A DNA stretch of 64,000 nucleotides from Nitrosopumilaceae archaeon (GTDB taxonomy: Archaea > Thermoproteota > Nitrososphaeria > Nitrososphaerales > Nitrosopumilaceae), in assembly GCA_965214835.1 (NCBI GenBank), contig CBDCCK010000002.1, positions 2,432,001-2,496,000 of the forward strand. The letters are read 5' to 3'. The notes beneath the pieces were generated by a model. That model had not been told where the DNA came from. It saw only the letters and a program-made list of their open reading frames with translations, and searched no databases. Both the position numbers and the translations under genes were made by a program. This document shows, piece by piece, positions 43,383-53,100 of this stretch (position 1 is the first letter of the stretch; each line of letters starts with the position of its first letter).

Positions 43383-43816
43383 TGTCGCAGGGACGCAGCA
43401 GGGGCAAGGCAAAGGGTGTCTCAGAGTTCAGGCCGTACGTGACCAAGGCGCTGCCAATTGGCGCCGAGATCGTATGTGCGGACAACTCGGGCGCCAAGAT
43501 CATAGAGATCGTGATGGTTCCCGGGCACAAGACTAGGGTCTCAAGGCTGCCGGCAGCCTCGGTGGGCGACTTTGTAAACGTGGTGGTAAAAAAGGGCCCG
43601 GCCGAGCTGAGAAAGCAGGTGTTCGGCGCGGTGGTCATCAGGCAAAAGTATCCGGTCAGGAGGCTAAACGGGGTACGGGTCGCCTTTGAGGACAATGCGG
43701 CGGTGCTCATGACCCCGGAGGGGGAGGCAAAGGGCACCGACATCAAGGGACCGGTTGCAGCAGAGGCCTCGGAGAAGTGGCCAAGGGTCGCAAACCTGGC
43801 ATCGATGGTGGTATAG
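43382..43816 (+). CDS. rpl14: 50S ribosomal protein uL14
   Basis: CADNSGAK, FEDNAAV, IKGPVA. Confidence 0.95.
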   Translation: MSQGRSRGKAKGVSEFRPYVTKALPIGAEIVCADNSGAKIIEIVMVPGHKTRVSRLPAASVGDFVNVVVKKGPAELRKQVFGAVVIRQKYPVRRLNGVRVAFEDNAAVLMTPEGEAKGTDIKGPVAAEASEKWPRVANLASMVV

Positions 43817-43819
43817 GGG

Positions 43820-45028
43820 ATGAAGCCAACAAAGATGAGAAACTCGCAGATGTACCGCGCAGCCTACGCGGCTAAAAGCGCGCAGGTATCCAGCCCACTC
43901 TCAAAGAACCTGCAGGGCAAGTACGTAAAAAAGTCCGTCAGGATAGTCGCAGGTGACGCGGTCAGGGTAGTCAGGGGCGAGTACAAGGGGGTTGACGGCA
44001 AGGTCGCGCAGGTCGATACTGCAACCGGCAGGATATCAATAGAGGGAATCAAAAAGGAAAAGACCCGCGGGGACAAGTACGACGTGTTCATCCACGCATC
44101 AAACCTCATAGTCACCGATCTTGACACGGAGGATCCGTGGAGGATGAGAAAGCTAAAGGGAGACGGCAAAGCGCCATCCGGACAGGCATCCCGGGAGGAT
44201 TCAGGGGCCGAGGATGCTGCCCCCCAGCGGGTTCATCTGGGCATACCCGACTCTGAGCCGGCACCCACGGAGCAGGAGGGAGAGGATGCTGCCCCCCAGC
44301 GGGTTCATCTGGGCATACCCGACTCTGAGCCGGCACCCACGGAGGATCAAGCTGGAGAGCCAGTGCAGTCCGAGGAGCAGGCCGCTGATGATGCAGGCGC
44401 AGAGTCAGAGGATCAGGCCGGAGAGCCAGTGCAGTCCGAGGAGCAGGCCACCGATGATGCAGACACGGCCGGCGCAGAGTCCAAAGATCAAGCTGGAGAG
44501 CCAGTGCAGTCCGAGGAGCAGGCCACCGATGATGCAGGCGCAGAGTCCAAAGATCAAGCTGGAGAGCCAGTGCAGTCCGAGGAGCAGGCCGCTGATGATG
44601 CAGACACGGCCGGCGCAGAGTCCAAAGATCAAGCTGGAGAGCCAGTGCAGTCCGAACAGCAGGCCGCTGATGATGCAGGCGCAGAGTCAGAGGATCAGGC
44701 CGGAGAGCCAGTGCAGTCCGAGGAGCAGGCCACCGATGATGCAGACACGGCCGGCGCAGAGTCAGAGGATCAGGCCGGAGAGCCAGTGCAGTCCGAGGAG
44801 CAGGCCACCGATGATGCAGGCGCAGAGTCAGAGGATCAGGCCGGAGAGCCAGTGCAGTCCGAGGAGCAGGCCACCGATGATGCAGACACGGCCGGCGCAG
44901 AGTCCGAGCAGGAACAAACAAAGAGCAAGGAAAGGTCATGGATGTCACGGTTCCGGTCACGTGTGACACGGACGTCAGAACCGGAACAAACTAAAGACAA
45001 AGAAAAGTCAGGAGATGCAGAAGAATAA
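43820..45028 (+). CDS. rpl24: 50S ribosomal protein uL24 with about 290-aa acidic repeat extension
   Basis: KOW motif GDAVRVVRGEYKG, IHASNL; tail of tandem repeats; stop abuts the rps4e start. Confidence 0.92.
   Translation: MKPTKMRNSQMYRAAYAAKSAQVSSPLSKNLQGKYVKKSVRIVAGDAVRVVRGEYKGVDGKVAQVDTATGRISIEGIKKEKTRGDKYDVFIHASNLIVTDLDTEDPWRMRKLKGDGKAPSGQASREDSGAEDAAPQRVHLGIPDSEPAPTEQEGEDAAPQRVHLGIPDSEPAPTEDQAGEPVQSEEQAADDAGAESEDQAGEPVQSEEQATDDADTAGAESKDQAGEPVQSEEQATDDAGAESKDQAGEPVQSEEQAADDADTAGAESKDQAGEPVQSEQQAADDAGAESEDQAGEPVQSEEQATDDADTAGAESEDQAGEPVQSEEQATDDAGAESEDQAGEPVQSEEQATDDADTAGAESEQEQTKSKERSWMSRFRSRVTRTSEPEQTKDKEKSGDAEE
44210..44905 (+). repeat. Coding tandem repeats in rpl24
   Basis: Two copies of EDAAPQRVHLGIPDSEPAPTE, then eight alternating 66/75-bp units. 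Confidence 0.92.
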
Positions 45029-45744
45029 TGGTAAGCATATCGGGAAGCAAAAAGCTCAAGCGCCAGATGGCGCCGCTGTTCTGGGGAATCGGCAGGAAGG
45101 ACAAGAGGTTCGTAGTAACGGTAAGGCCGGGCCCGCACCCCAAGAGCCAGTCAATCCCAAGCGCGGTATTTCTGAGAGATACGCTGAGGATTGTCAGCTC
45201 GCTGAGGGAGGCAAAGTCGGCCATCTATTCTGGCAGCGTAAGGGTGGACGGCATAGTCAGGAGGTCACTGCACCACGGCATAGGACTGATGGACGTAGTA
45301 GAGCTGGACAACGTCGAGGATGTCTACAGGCTGGTTCCGGGAAGGGGCGCGCCGCTGACGCCGATAAAGATTAGTCCCGAGGAGAAGGCAAAGAAGCTCT
45401 GCAGGGTCACATCAAAGGTGTCAATCAGGGGCAAAAGGACGCAGATAGGGCTCCATGACGGGAGAACGATCATTGCCGACACGGATGCAAGGCCGGGCGA
45501 TACATGCGTGGTTCAGATCCCCGAGCAAAAAATACTGGAGACCATACGGCTCGAGGAGGGCGCACAAATCATAGTTACAAAGGGTACAAACGCAGGACAG
45601 ACCGGCACCATTGAAAAGATCGAGGGTGGAACCTTCAACCTTCCGCGGAGGGCGCAAGTCACCCTCGGGGACAGAAGGATCGAGATTCAGACCGACAACA
45701 CGATGGCAATAGGAAGGAACAGTCCGGCAATCCAGATACGGTGA
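45028..45744 (+). CDS. rps4e: 30S ribosomal protein eS4
   Basis: LKRQMAP, RPGPH, IGLMDVV, LHDGR. Confidence 0.95.
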   Translation: MVSISGSKKLKRQMAPLFWGIGRKDKRFVVTVRPGPHPKSQSIPSAVFLRDTLRIVSSLREAKSAIYSGSVRVDGIVRRSLHHGIGLMDVVELDNVEDVYRLVPGRGAPLTPIKISPEEKAKKLCRVTSKVSIRGKRTQIGLHDGRTIIADTDARPGDTCVVQIPEQKILETIRLEEGAQIIVTKGTNAGQTGTIEKIEGGTFNLPRRAQVTLGDRRIEIQTDNTMAIGRNSPAIQIR

Positions 45745-45749
45745 TATCC

Positions 45750-46271
45750 ATGGCTCAACAGACACAACAGGTTATGAAAAAGATCTTCCTTGAAAAGGTG
45801 GTACTCAACATGGGGATCGGCAGATCCGGGGACGCAATCGAGGCGGGCAAAAGGTGCCTCGAGCAGATTTCCGGCAAAAAGCCAAACGCAAGGGAGGCAA
45901 GGCAGACGCTCAGGGACTGGGGGGTAAGAAAGGGGGAGCCCATCGGCGTCGCAGTGACTGCCAGGGGCCAGGATGCAAGGGTTCTGCTAAAGAGGCTGCT
46001 TGATGCAAAGGCAAACAAGGTAAGCGGGAGATCCTTTGACGACTTTGGCAACCTCTCGTTTGGAATCCGGGAGCACATAGACATCCCAGACGTAAAGTAC
46101 GACCCCCAGATAGGGATCCTAGGACTGGAGGTGGCAGTGGCGCTTGCAAGGCCCGGATACAGCATCAGAAAGCGCAGCAAGCACAAGGCAAGCGTGGGCA
46201 AGAGGCACGTCATTACAAGCGAGGAGGCAAAGAACTACATGAAGGAAGAGTTTGGGGTTGACATAACATAA
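45750..46271 (+). CDS. rpl5: 50S ribosomal protein uL5
   Basis: EKVVLNMG, GNLSFGIREHIDIP, YDPQIGILG. Confidence 0.95.
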   Translation: MAQQTQQVMKKIFLEKVVLNMGIGRSGDAIEAGKRCLEQISGKKPNAREARQTLRDWGVRKGEPIGVAVTARGQDARVLLKRLLDAKANKVSGRSFDDFGNLSFGIREHIDIPDVKYDPQIGILGLEVAVALARPGYSIRKRSKHKASVGKRHVITSEEAKNYMKEEFGVDIT

Positions 46272-46450
46272 TGGCAAAGGACAGGTCGTATGAGGCAACG
46301 GGCAGAAAGCAGCACAAGTTCGGGCGGGGCTCGAGATGGTGCAAGAGGTGCGGGGACTATACGGCGGTAATCCAGAAATACAACCTCATGATATGCAGGC
46401 GGTGCTTTCGGGAAGTGGCAGGATCCTTGGGATTCAGGAAGAACAGGTGA
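46271..46450 (+). CDS. rps14: 30S ribosomal protein uS14 (zinc-binding)
   Basis: GRGSRWCKRCG..CRRCFREVA; 59 aa, below the ORF-track cutoff. Confidence 0.93.
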   Translation: MAKDRSYEATGRKQHKFGRGSRWCKRCGDYTAVIQKYNLMICRRCFREVAGSLGFRKNR

Positions 46451-46454
46451 TAGC

Positions 46455-46847
46455 ATGCCGGCAACCAACGTACTAGCAAACCTGTTTGTCACGCTGTACA
46501 ACAACGAGGCAAGGCGCAAGAGCGAGTGCACTATTCTGCCCACGTCCAAGCTCGGCGTGGAGGTCCTCAAGACCCTGCAAAAGGAGGGATACGTGGGGGA
46601 GTTTGAGCGCATAGAGGACAACAGGGGGGGCAAGTTCAGGATAAAGCTGCTGGCAAAGATCAACAAGTGCGGCGCAATCTCGCCTAGGTTCAAGGTGGGA
46701 AAGGACGAGTACCCGGCATGGGAGCAGCAGTACCTGCCGGCATACGACAGGGGCGTGCTGCTAGTCACCACAAACCAGGGCGTAATGTCGCATCATGACG
46801 CGGTAAGCAGGGGAATAGGGGGGTTTCTGATAGGATATGTCTACTAG
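46455..46847 (+). CDS. rps8: 30S ribosomal protein uS8
   Basis: INKCGAISPRF, TNQGVMSH, GYVY. Confidence 0.95.
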   Translation: MPATNVLANLFVTLYNNEARRKSECTILPTSKLGVEVLKTLQKEGYVGEFERIEDNRGGKFRIKLLAKINKCGAISPRFKVGKDEYPAWEQQYLPAYDRGVLLVTTNQGVMSHHDAVSRGIGGFLIGYVY

Positions 46848-47394
46848 ACAGGCAGAAAAGTTCGAGGCACAGGTAGAGATCCCGGAGGGCGTCACGGTGG
46901 GCCTCAAGAGGCACATGCTGGAGGTCAGCGGTCCGCTGGGCAGGACGTTTAAGAGCTTTAGAAAGATTCCGGTAAGGCTGGAGGTCGGCGACAACAGGGT
47001 ACTGCTAAAGGCCGCAGGATTCAGGAAGAGGGATCGCTCCATAATGAACACGGCAAGGTCGATAATCAGGAACCTGTGCGAGGGCGTCGTCAATGGATAC
47101 ACAATAAAAATGAGGGTCGTCTTTGCACACTTTCCAATAACGGTAAAGGCCGAGGACGGCAGGGTTCTGATCGAGAACTTTCAGGGGGAGCGGGCAGCAA
47201 GGGTCGCCAAGATAGAGGGCAGCGCCAAGGTGATCCCAAAGGGCGAGGACGTGCTAGTCACGGGCCACGTCAAGACAGAGGTGTCGCAGACGGCTGCAAA
47301 CATACAGCTCAAGACGCGGGTAAAGGACAAGGACCACAGGGTGTTCCTTGACGGTATATACATAACCGAAGAGTCGGCGGGAATAGCAAAGTGA
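46837..47394 (+). CDS. rpl6: 50S ribosomal protein uL6
   Basis: AHFPI, ENFQGE, DHRVFLDGIY. Confidence 0.95.
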   Translation: MSTRQAEKFEAQVEIPEGVTVGLKRHMLEVSGPLGRTFKSFRKIPVRLEVGDNRVLLKAAGFRKRDRSIMNTARSIIRNLCEGVVNGYTIKMRVVFAHFPITVKAEDGRVLIENFQGERAARVAKIEGSAKVIPKGEDVLVTGHVKTEVSQTAANIQLKTRVKDKDHRVFLDGIYITEESAGIAK

Positions 47395-47407
47395 GAGTGC
47401 GGCACCC

Positions 47408-47692
47408 TTGAATCCGGAATTTAAAAGCATAATCAAGAATCTCATCCTGGGCGCCCTGGAAAAGTCCAAAAAGTTCGATGAGCTTCCAAGGGAGGCGCGG
47501 GTCTGGAAATGCGAGAACACGGGGGACTTTCTTTGCGGGCACTTTGTAGGCGAGATTACAGGCATCGCCATAGGCTCGTTTCCAATCTTTCATGACGGCA
47601 GGGAGCCTACTGTCAAGGAGCACATGGAAATCAAGGCGCTGCTTGAGGATCTACATGATGAGATCAAGGAGTTTTTCGAACAGTACAACTGA
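47408..47692 (+). CDS. Hypothetical protein
   Basis: 94-aa ORF directly after rpl6. Confidence 0.65.
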   Translation: MNPEFKSIIKNLILGALEKSKKFDELPREARVWKCENTGDFLCGHFVGEITGIAIGSFPIFHDGREPTVKEHMEIKALLEDLHDEIKEFFEQYN

Positions 47693-47745
47693 GTTTTTGC
47701 GCTTTCGCAAGGATTAAATCGCATCTGCCAGGATCGGAGACTAGT

Positions 47746-47822
47746 GCCGCCCTAGCTCAGCGTGGTAGAGCGTCGGACTGTTAATCCGTTGGTCGCCAGT
47801 TCAAGTCTGGTGGGCGGCGCCA
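47746..47822 (+). tRNA. tRNA-Asn (GTT), CCA encoded
   Basis: gccgccc/gggcggc acceptor stem, ctGTTaa anticodon loop, gttcaag T loop. Confidence 0.95.
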
Positions 47823-48050
47823 CCATACGTTCTGGTTCTACAAGGGCTTTTTCGGCCGGGTGCAGGCGGCGCACTGCATGGCAGTATCCCGCGGCATCCT
47901 ACCTGACTGTAGTGCCATACAGCTGGGGCCCTTCAGTGCTTTCGGACGTGTTTTGTCATATCTGGTGGGGCAATAATTAAAATAATTGCCCCAGCTTGCC
48001 CTTGGCCAGACGTGCATACGTATTTTATCCGTGAAAAAGGCAGTACGGAC

Positions 48051-49712
48051 ATGGCACAGCAGGTTCCAGACATCATACCGGTACGGATGCTTACGCAGTA
48101 TGCGTATTGCAAGCGTCTCTCATACATGGAATGGGTCCAGGGCGAGTTTGAATACAATACGGAGGTGATAGAGGGCAAACATAATCACCGCAACGTGGAC
48201 AAGTCATCTGAGAGAAGAAAGGCAGGAAAGGAGGAAGATGAAAAGATCCATACGCGCTCCGTTACGCTCTCTGATGACAAAATTGGCCTCGTAGCAAAGA
48301 TGGATCTGCTGGAGATAAGCGGCAGTCATGCCACCCCGGTAGAGTACAAACGAGGCAGCACGCCAGATACTGCCGAGAGGACGCATCTGGATCACAGGAT
48401 ACAGGTGTGCGCGCAGGGGCTCCTGCTGCGTGCCAACGGATACGAATGCACAAAGGGCATAGTCTACTATGTGTCCTCAAAGCAGCGCGTAGAGGTGGAC
48501 TTTGATGACAGGATGGTGGCAGAGACGCTGCAGATGATACACGACATGAAGGAGACGATGGCCCTGGGCTCCATGCCTCCCCCGCTGGTAGACAGCCCCA
48601 AGTGCCCGAGATGCTCGCTTGTTGGCATATGCATGCCCGATGAGACCAACATGCTCTCCGATGTCGGGTCAGGTACGAGCCAAGAGCGGATCCGCAGAAT
48701 GTATCCAATGAGGGACGACGCGGTTCCGGTATACGTGCAAGAGCAGGGCGCGCGCGTTACAAAGTCCAATGACCGCATACATGTCATGATAAACGGGCAG
48801 GTGGCAAGGAAGATCCGCCTCATTGACATCTCTGAGATCACGCTGTTTGGAAACGTGCAGATTACAACCCAGGCCGTACGGGAGCTGTGCAACAGAAACA
48901 TACCCATATGCTACATGACCTATGGCGGGTGGTTTACAGGCATGACCACCGGCATGGTACACAAGAACATAGAGCTTCGCATGGCCCAGCATAAAAAGCA
49001 CTCGGCCAACAACGCGAGGATGGACATAGCCAGGAGCATAGTATACGGGAAGATCAAAAACTGCACTACGCTGCTGCGCAGAAACCACAAGGGCATGCCG
49101 GAGAAGGTGCTTGGCAGGCTTGACGAGTTTGCAGATCAAGCAAGGCACGCCCGCAGGTATGACGCCCTGCTGGGCATCGAGGGCATGGCGGCAAGGGTGT
49201 ACTTTTCAGAGTTCAATGGCATGATAAAGGACGAATCCGTCGGCTTTGAGTTCACGGAAAGGAACAGGAGGCCTCCCCGCGATCCCATCAATGCGCTCCT
49301 GTCATTTCTGTACTCTGTCCTGACGCGGCAGGCCACAGTTACTGCAGGCAGGGTCGGGCTGGATCCGTATCTTGGGTTTTTGCACATGCCAAAGTACGGG
49401 CGTCCCGCCCTGGCACTTGATCTGATAGAGGAGTTCAGGCCGCTTGTTGCAGACTCTGTGTGCATCACGGTCATAAACGGCGGTGAGGTTACAAACAAGG
49501 ACATGATAAAGACAAAATTCGGCGTCAACATGACGTCTGCGGGAAGGCGCGCAGTCATAGCCGCATACGAGAGGCGCATGGACTCTACCGTGACACACCC
49601 GGCCCTTGGCTATTCGGCAAGCTACCGGCGCATCATGGAGACTCAGGCAAGGCTGCTCTCAAGGCACCTGCTAGACGAGATACCCTCATATCCTGCATTT
49701 AGGACAAGATGA
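48051..49712 (+). CDS. cas1: CRISPR-associated Cas4-Cas1 fusion
   Basis: Cas4: YCKRL, MDL..PVEYKRG, KCPRCSL..C. Cas1: LGIEG.AA..YF, RNRRPPRDPINALLSFLY, GFLH, LALDLIEEFRP. Confidence 0.95.
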   Translation: MAQQVPDIIPVRMLTQYAYCKRLSYMEWVQGEFEYNTEVIEGKHNHRNVDKSSERRKAGKEEDEKIHTRSVTLSDDKIGLVAKMDLLEISGSHATPVEYKRGSTPDTAERTHLDHRIQVCAQGLLLRANGYECTKGIVYYVSSKQRVEVDFDDRMVAETLQMIHDMKETMALGSMPPPLVDSPKCPRCSLVGICMPDETNMLSDVGSGTSQERIRRMYPMRDDAVPVYVQEQGARVTKSNDRIHVMINGQVARKIRLIDISEITLFGNVQITTQAVRELCNRNIPICYMTYGGWFTGMTTGMVHKNIELRMAQHKKHSANNARMDIARSIVYGKIKNCTTLLRRNHKGMPEKVLGRLDEFADQARHARRYDALLGIEGMAARVYFSEFNGMIKDESVGFEFTERNRRPPRDPINALLSFLYSVLTRQATVTAGRVGLDPYLGFLHMPKYGRPALALDLIEEFRPLVADSVCITVINGGEVTNKDMIKTKFGVNMTSAGRRAVIAAYERRMDSTVTHPALGYSASYRRIMETQARLLSRHLLDEIPSYPAFRTR

Positions 49713-49715
49713 GGC

Positions 49716-50006
49716 ATGCGCAACAGGTATCTGGTGTGTTATGATGTCAGCGATCCCGTGCGGCTTGTCAAGACGTACAAAAAGATGAACGGATACGGGG
49801 ATCCGGCGCAGTACTCTGTCTTTATGTGCGACCTTAGCGCAGGGGAGCTGGTAATGATGAAGGAAGAGCTAGGAGATCTGCTAAACCTTGACGAGGACAG
49901 GGTTCTCATAGTGGACATTGGGCCTGCAGAAAAGCAGGACAGGCGCATAATGACGATGGGGGCGGCGCCATCTAGAACCAAAAGGGAGGCATCCATCGTA
50001 GTATGA
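49716..50006 (+). CDS. cas2: CRISPR-associated Cas2
   Basis: YLVCYDVSD, QYSVF. Confidence 0.95.
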   Translation: MRNRYLVCYDVSDPVRLVKTYKKMNGYGDPAQYSVFMCDLSAGELVMMKEELGDLLNLDEDRVLIVDIGPAEKQDRRIMTMGAAPSRTKREASIVV

Positions 50007-50177
50007 CGTACGAGAGGCCCGGAGCGCTTGCGTTACGAGGGAGGTGTTTGAAAACACGTTATATATGAGGATGGGGGCGCATGCCATCCAAGTGCACTCG
50101 ATACGAAAAACGCAAGTGCTGTACAAAAAAGATGCTGATCACACACCCGTAATGACCGATACAGTCGGGATTACGGG
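50007..50177 (+). promoter_or_regulatory. CRISPR leader
   Basis: Non-coding stretch between cas2 and repeat 1; repeat 3' end ATTGAAGC implies plus-strand transcription. Confidence 0.75.
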
Positions 50178-53100
50178 ATTTCCGCAACGATAAAGTTGCG
50201 GCCCCATTGAAGCTAATGCTTGTTACTGTGGCGATATTCATTTCCGCAACGATAAAGTTGCGGCCCCATTGAAGCTGCGTCCAGTCTATCACGGATTGGA
50301 AGGCCGCAATCATTTCCGCAACGATAAAGTTGCGGCCCCATTGAAGCGTCCTAGCCGGAAGTACCCAGTGGGCCGCCCAGATATTGCATTTCCGCAACGA
50401 TAAAGTTGCGGCCCCATTGAAGCAACGGTAATGCCGTCGCGGCTGTAAAGTTTCCAGCCTGACATTTCCGCAACGATAAAGTTGCGGCCCCATTGAAGCT
50501 GATCGTCTCGATGTCTTACAATGGTTCTTTTTGTCTATTTCCGCAACGATAAAGTTGCGGCCCCATTGAAGCATTATTCTATCACGGGTTTCCGGCGACA
50601 TGATGCTGAATTTCCGCAACGATAAAGTTGCGGCCCCATTGAAGCCGTAGCCAGGCTGAAAACGTCGAAGATCGGGTTCGTCAATTTCCGCAACGATAAA
50701 GTTGCGGCCCCATTGAAGCGACGGCCTGGCAGTTAACGTCCACATAGCGACTAAATTTCCGCAACGATAAAGTTGCGGCCCCATTGAAGCGCAGGCCCCT
50801 GACAAGAGCTTGGCAGGCCCCTGACAAATTTCCGCAACGATAAAGTTGCGGCCCCATTGAAGCACTGGTCAAGTCGACTTCCCAGTTAAGGGATATTGTA
50901 TTTCCGCAACGATAAAGTTGCGGCCCCATTGAAGCTCTTCAGGGGAGCTGCCTAACAGTTGTCTGTGATATGCCGATTTCCGCAACGATAAAGTTGCGGC
51001 CCCATTGAAGCATTTCCTCGCATTCCTCCCGGAAACCTCACCCCTTGCATTTCCGCAACGATAAAGTTGCGGCCCCATTGAAGCGGACTAGGAGCCGCAG
51101 TAGCACTTAACGCGTTTCTTATTTCCGCAACGATAAAGTTGCGGCCCCATTGAAGCGCCCTAATGTTGCGATTGCGCCAATATCGGGAATAAATTTCCGC
51201 AACGATAAAGTTGCGGCCCCATTGAAGCCGTGCATATGTAGGGCTTATCCCCAATCGCGCAAACTCGATTTCCGCAACGATAAAGTTGCGGCCCCATTGA
51301 AGCTTCCCTTACCTCGCCGACATCTACTCGACCTTCTGCCATTTCCGCAACGATAAAGTTGCGGCCCCATTGAAGCGTCGAAATTTCCCACGCTCTGCGA
51401 TAATCACTATCCGATTTCCGCAACGATAAAGTTGCGGCCCCATTGAAGCGGATTTCGTCTGCGCTATTCTGACGCACCTGGGATAGATTTCCGCAACGAT
51501 AAAGTTGCGGCCCCATTGAAGCAATCCGCAGCTTGGCCGAATCGACCCTGATTGCCGTATTTCCGCAACGATAAAGTTGCGGCCCCATTGAAGCAAGAAT
51601 CCCAGAACCATAACGTCCTCTATGCCCTCGCATTTCCGCAACGATAAAGTTGCGGCCCCATTGAAGCGTTATTTTCTGATGCCGAGTAAGTTGTCTTGCA
51701 CTTTCATTTCCGCAACGATAAAGTTGCGGCCCCATTGAAGCGAGCTGGAATCCCTCAAGATGATCTGGGAGATCCTAATTTCCGCAACGATAAAGTTGCG
51801 GCCCCATTGAAGCCGTTCTGCAGCTGGAGCGGGGATATCCACCTTTTGTATTTCCGCAACGATAAAGTTGCGGCCCCATTGAAGCGAGCACGTGGCCGTC
51901 AATCGGCGAGTACTTTGACTTGACATTTCCGCAACGATAAAGTTGCGGCCCCATTGAAGCCGCGACGACTGCATCTGCACCAGGGCAGAATACGAGATTT
52001 CCGCAACGATAAAGTTGCGGCCCCATTGAAGCTGGCTAATCAAAAATATCTCACGGTGTCTTTCCAGCAATTTCCGCAACGATAAAGTTGCGGCCCCATT
52101 GAAGCCTGATCAGCCAATGCACACTAGGCATTATTGCTCCTCAATTTCCGCAACGATAAAGTTGCGGCCCCATTGAAGCGAGCCAAGGAGCTAACGGTAC
52201 AGGCCCGACTTCTTTGTATTTCCGCAACGATAAAGTTGCGGCCCCATTGAAGCATCATACTGAATATGATAACTGCCAATTTCAAAATAATTTCCGCAAC
52301 GATAAAGTTGCGGCCCCATTGAAGCGCGGCACGTGGCACGCACAGGCCCAAGAGATACTGGGTATTTCCGCAACGATAAAGTTGCGGCCCCATTGAAGCG
52401 GTTCAGTAAGGCGATCTTTGCATATGAGGCAGTATGTATTTCCGCAACGATAAAGTTGCGGCCCCATTGAAGCAATGTTTGCGCCTCTTGATAGTTCTTT
52501 TCTTGACTGATTTCCGCAACGATAAAGTTGCGGCCCCATTGAAGCACATTAAGTCCGAACCAAATCAAGTTCATACCATTCGCATCATTTCCGCAACGAT
52601 AAAGTTGCGGCCCCATTGAAGCCCGTTAATACCCCGTGCGTAAAACGGTATTACTATGGTAATTTCCGCAACGATAAAGTTGCGGCCCCATTGAAGCGCC
52701 CGTGAATGGCTTCAAGCCAAACCAACGGCAATAGATTTCCGCAACGATAAAGTTGCGGCCCCATTGAAGCTTTTATTTAGAATAAAGACATGGCTATTAG
52801 ATTCGGATTTCCGCAACGATAAAGTTGCGGCCCCATTGAAGCAAAAAAGGACAATAAAACGAAGGAAAAAACGCCATGCCTATTTCCGCAACGATAAAGT
52901 TGCGGCCCCATTGAAGCCTCATGGCATGACAGGCATTCGTTCCACAGATTGTAGATTTCCGCAACGATAAAGTTGCGGCCCCATTGAAGCTTGATAGTTA
53001 CCTTGCGCGTTTAGCGCCTCTAATGAGATTTCCGCAACGATAAAGTTGCGGCCCCATTGAAGCTTTCGTGCCTATACTCACGGTACTCACGGTATTTCAA

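Noticed and set aside
44210-44344. 72-bp-period duplication in rpl24 as another ectopic spacer unit
   Set aside because: Geometry is about 63 bp repeat plus 9 bp, an ordinary tandem duplication in a repeat-prone tail.
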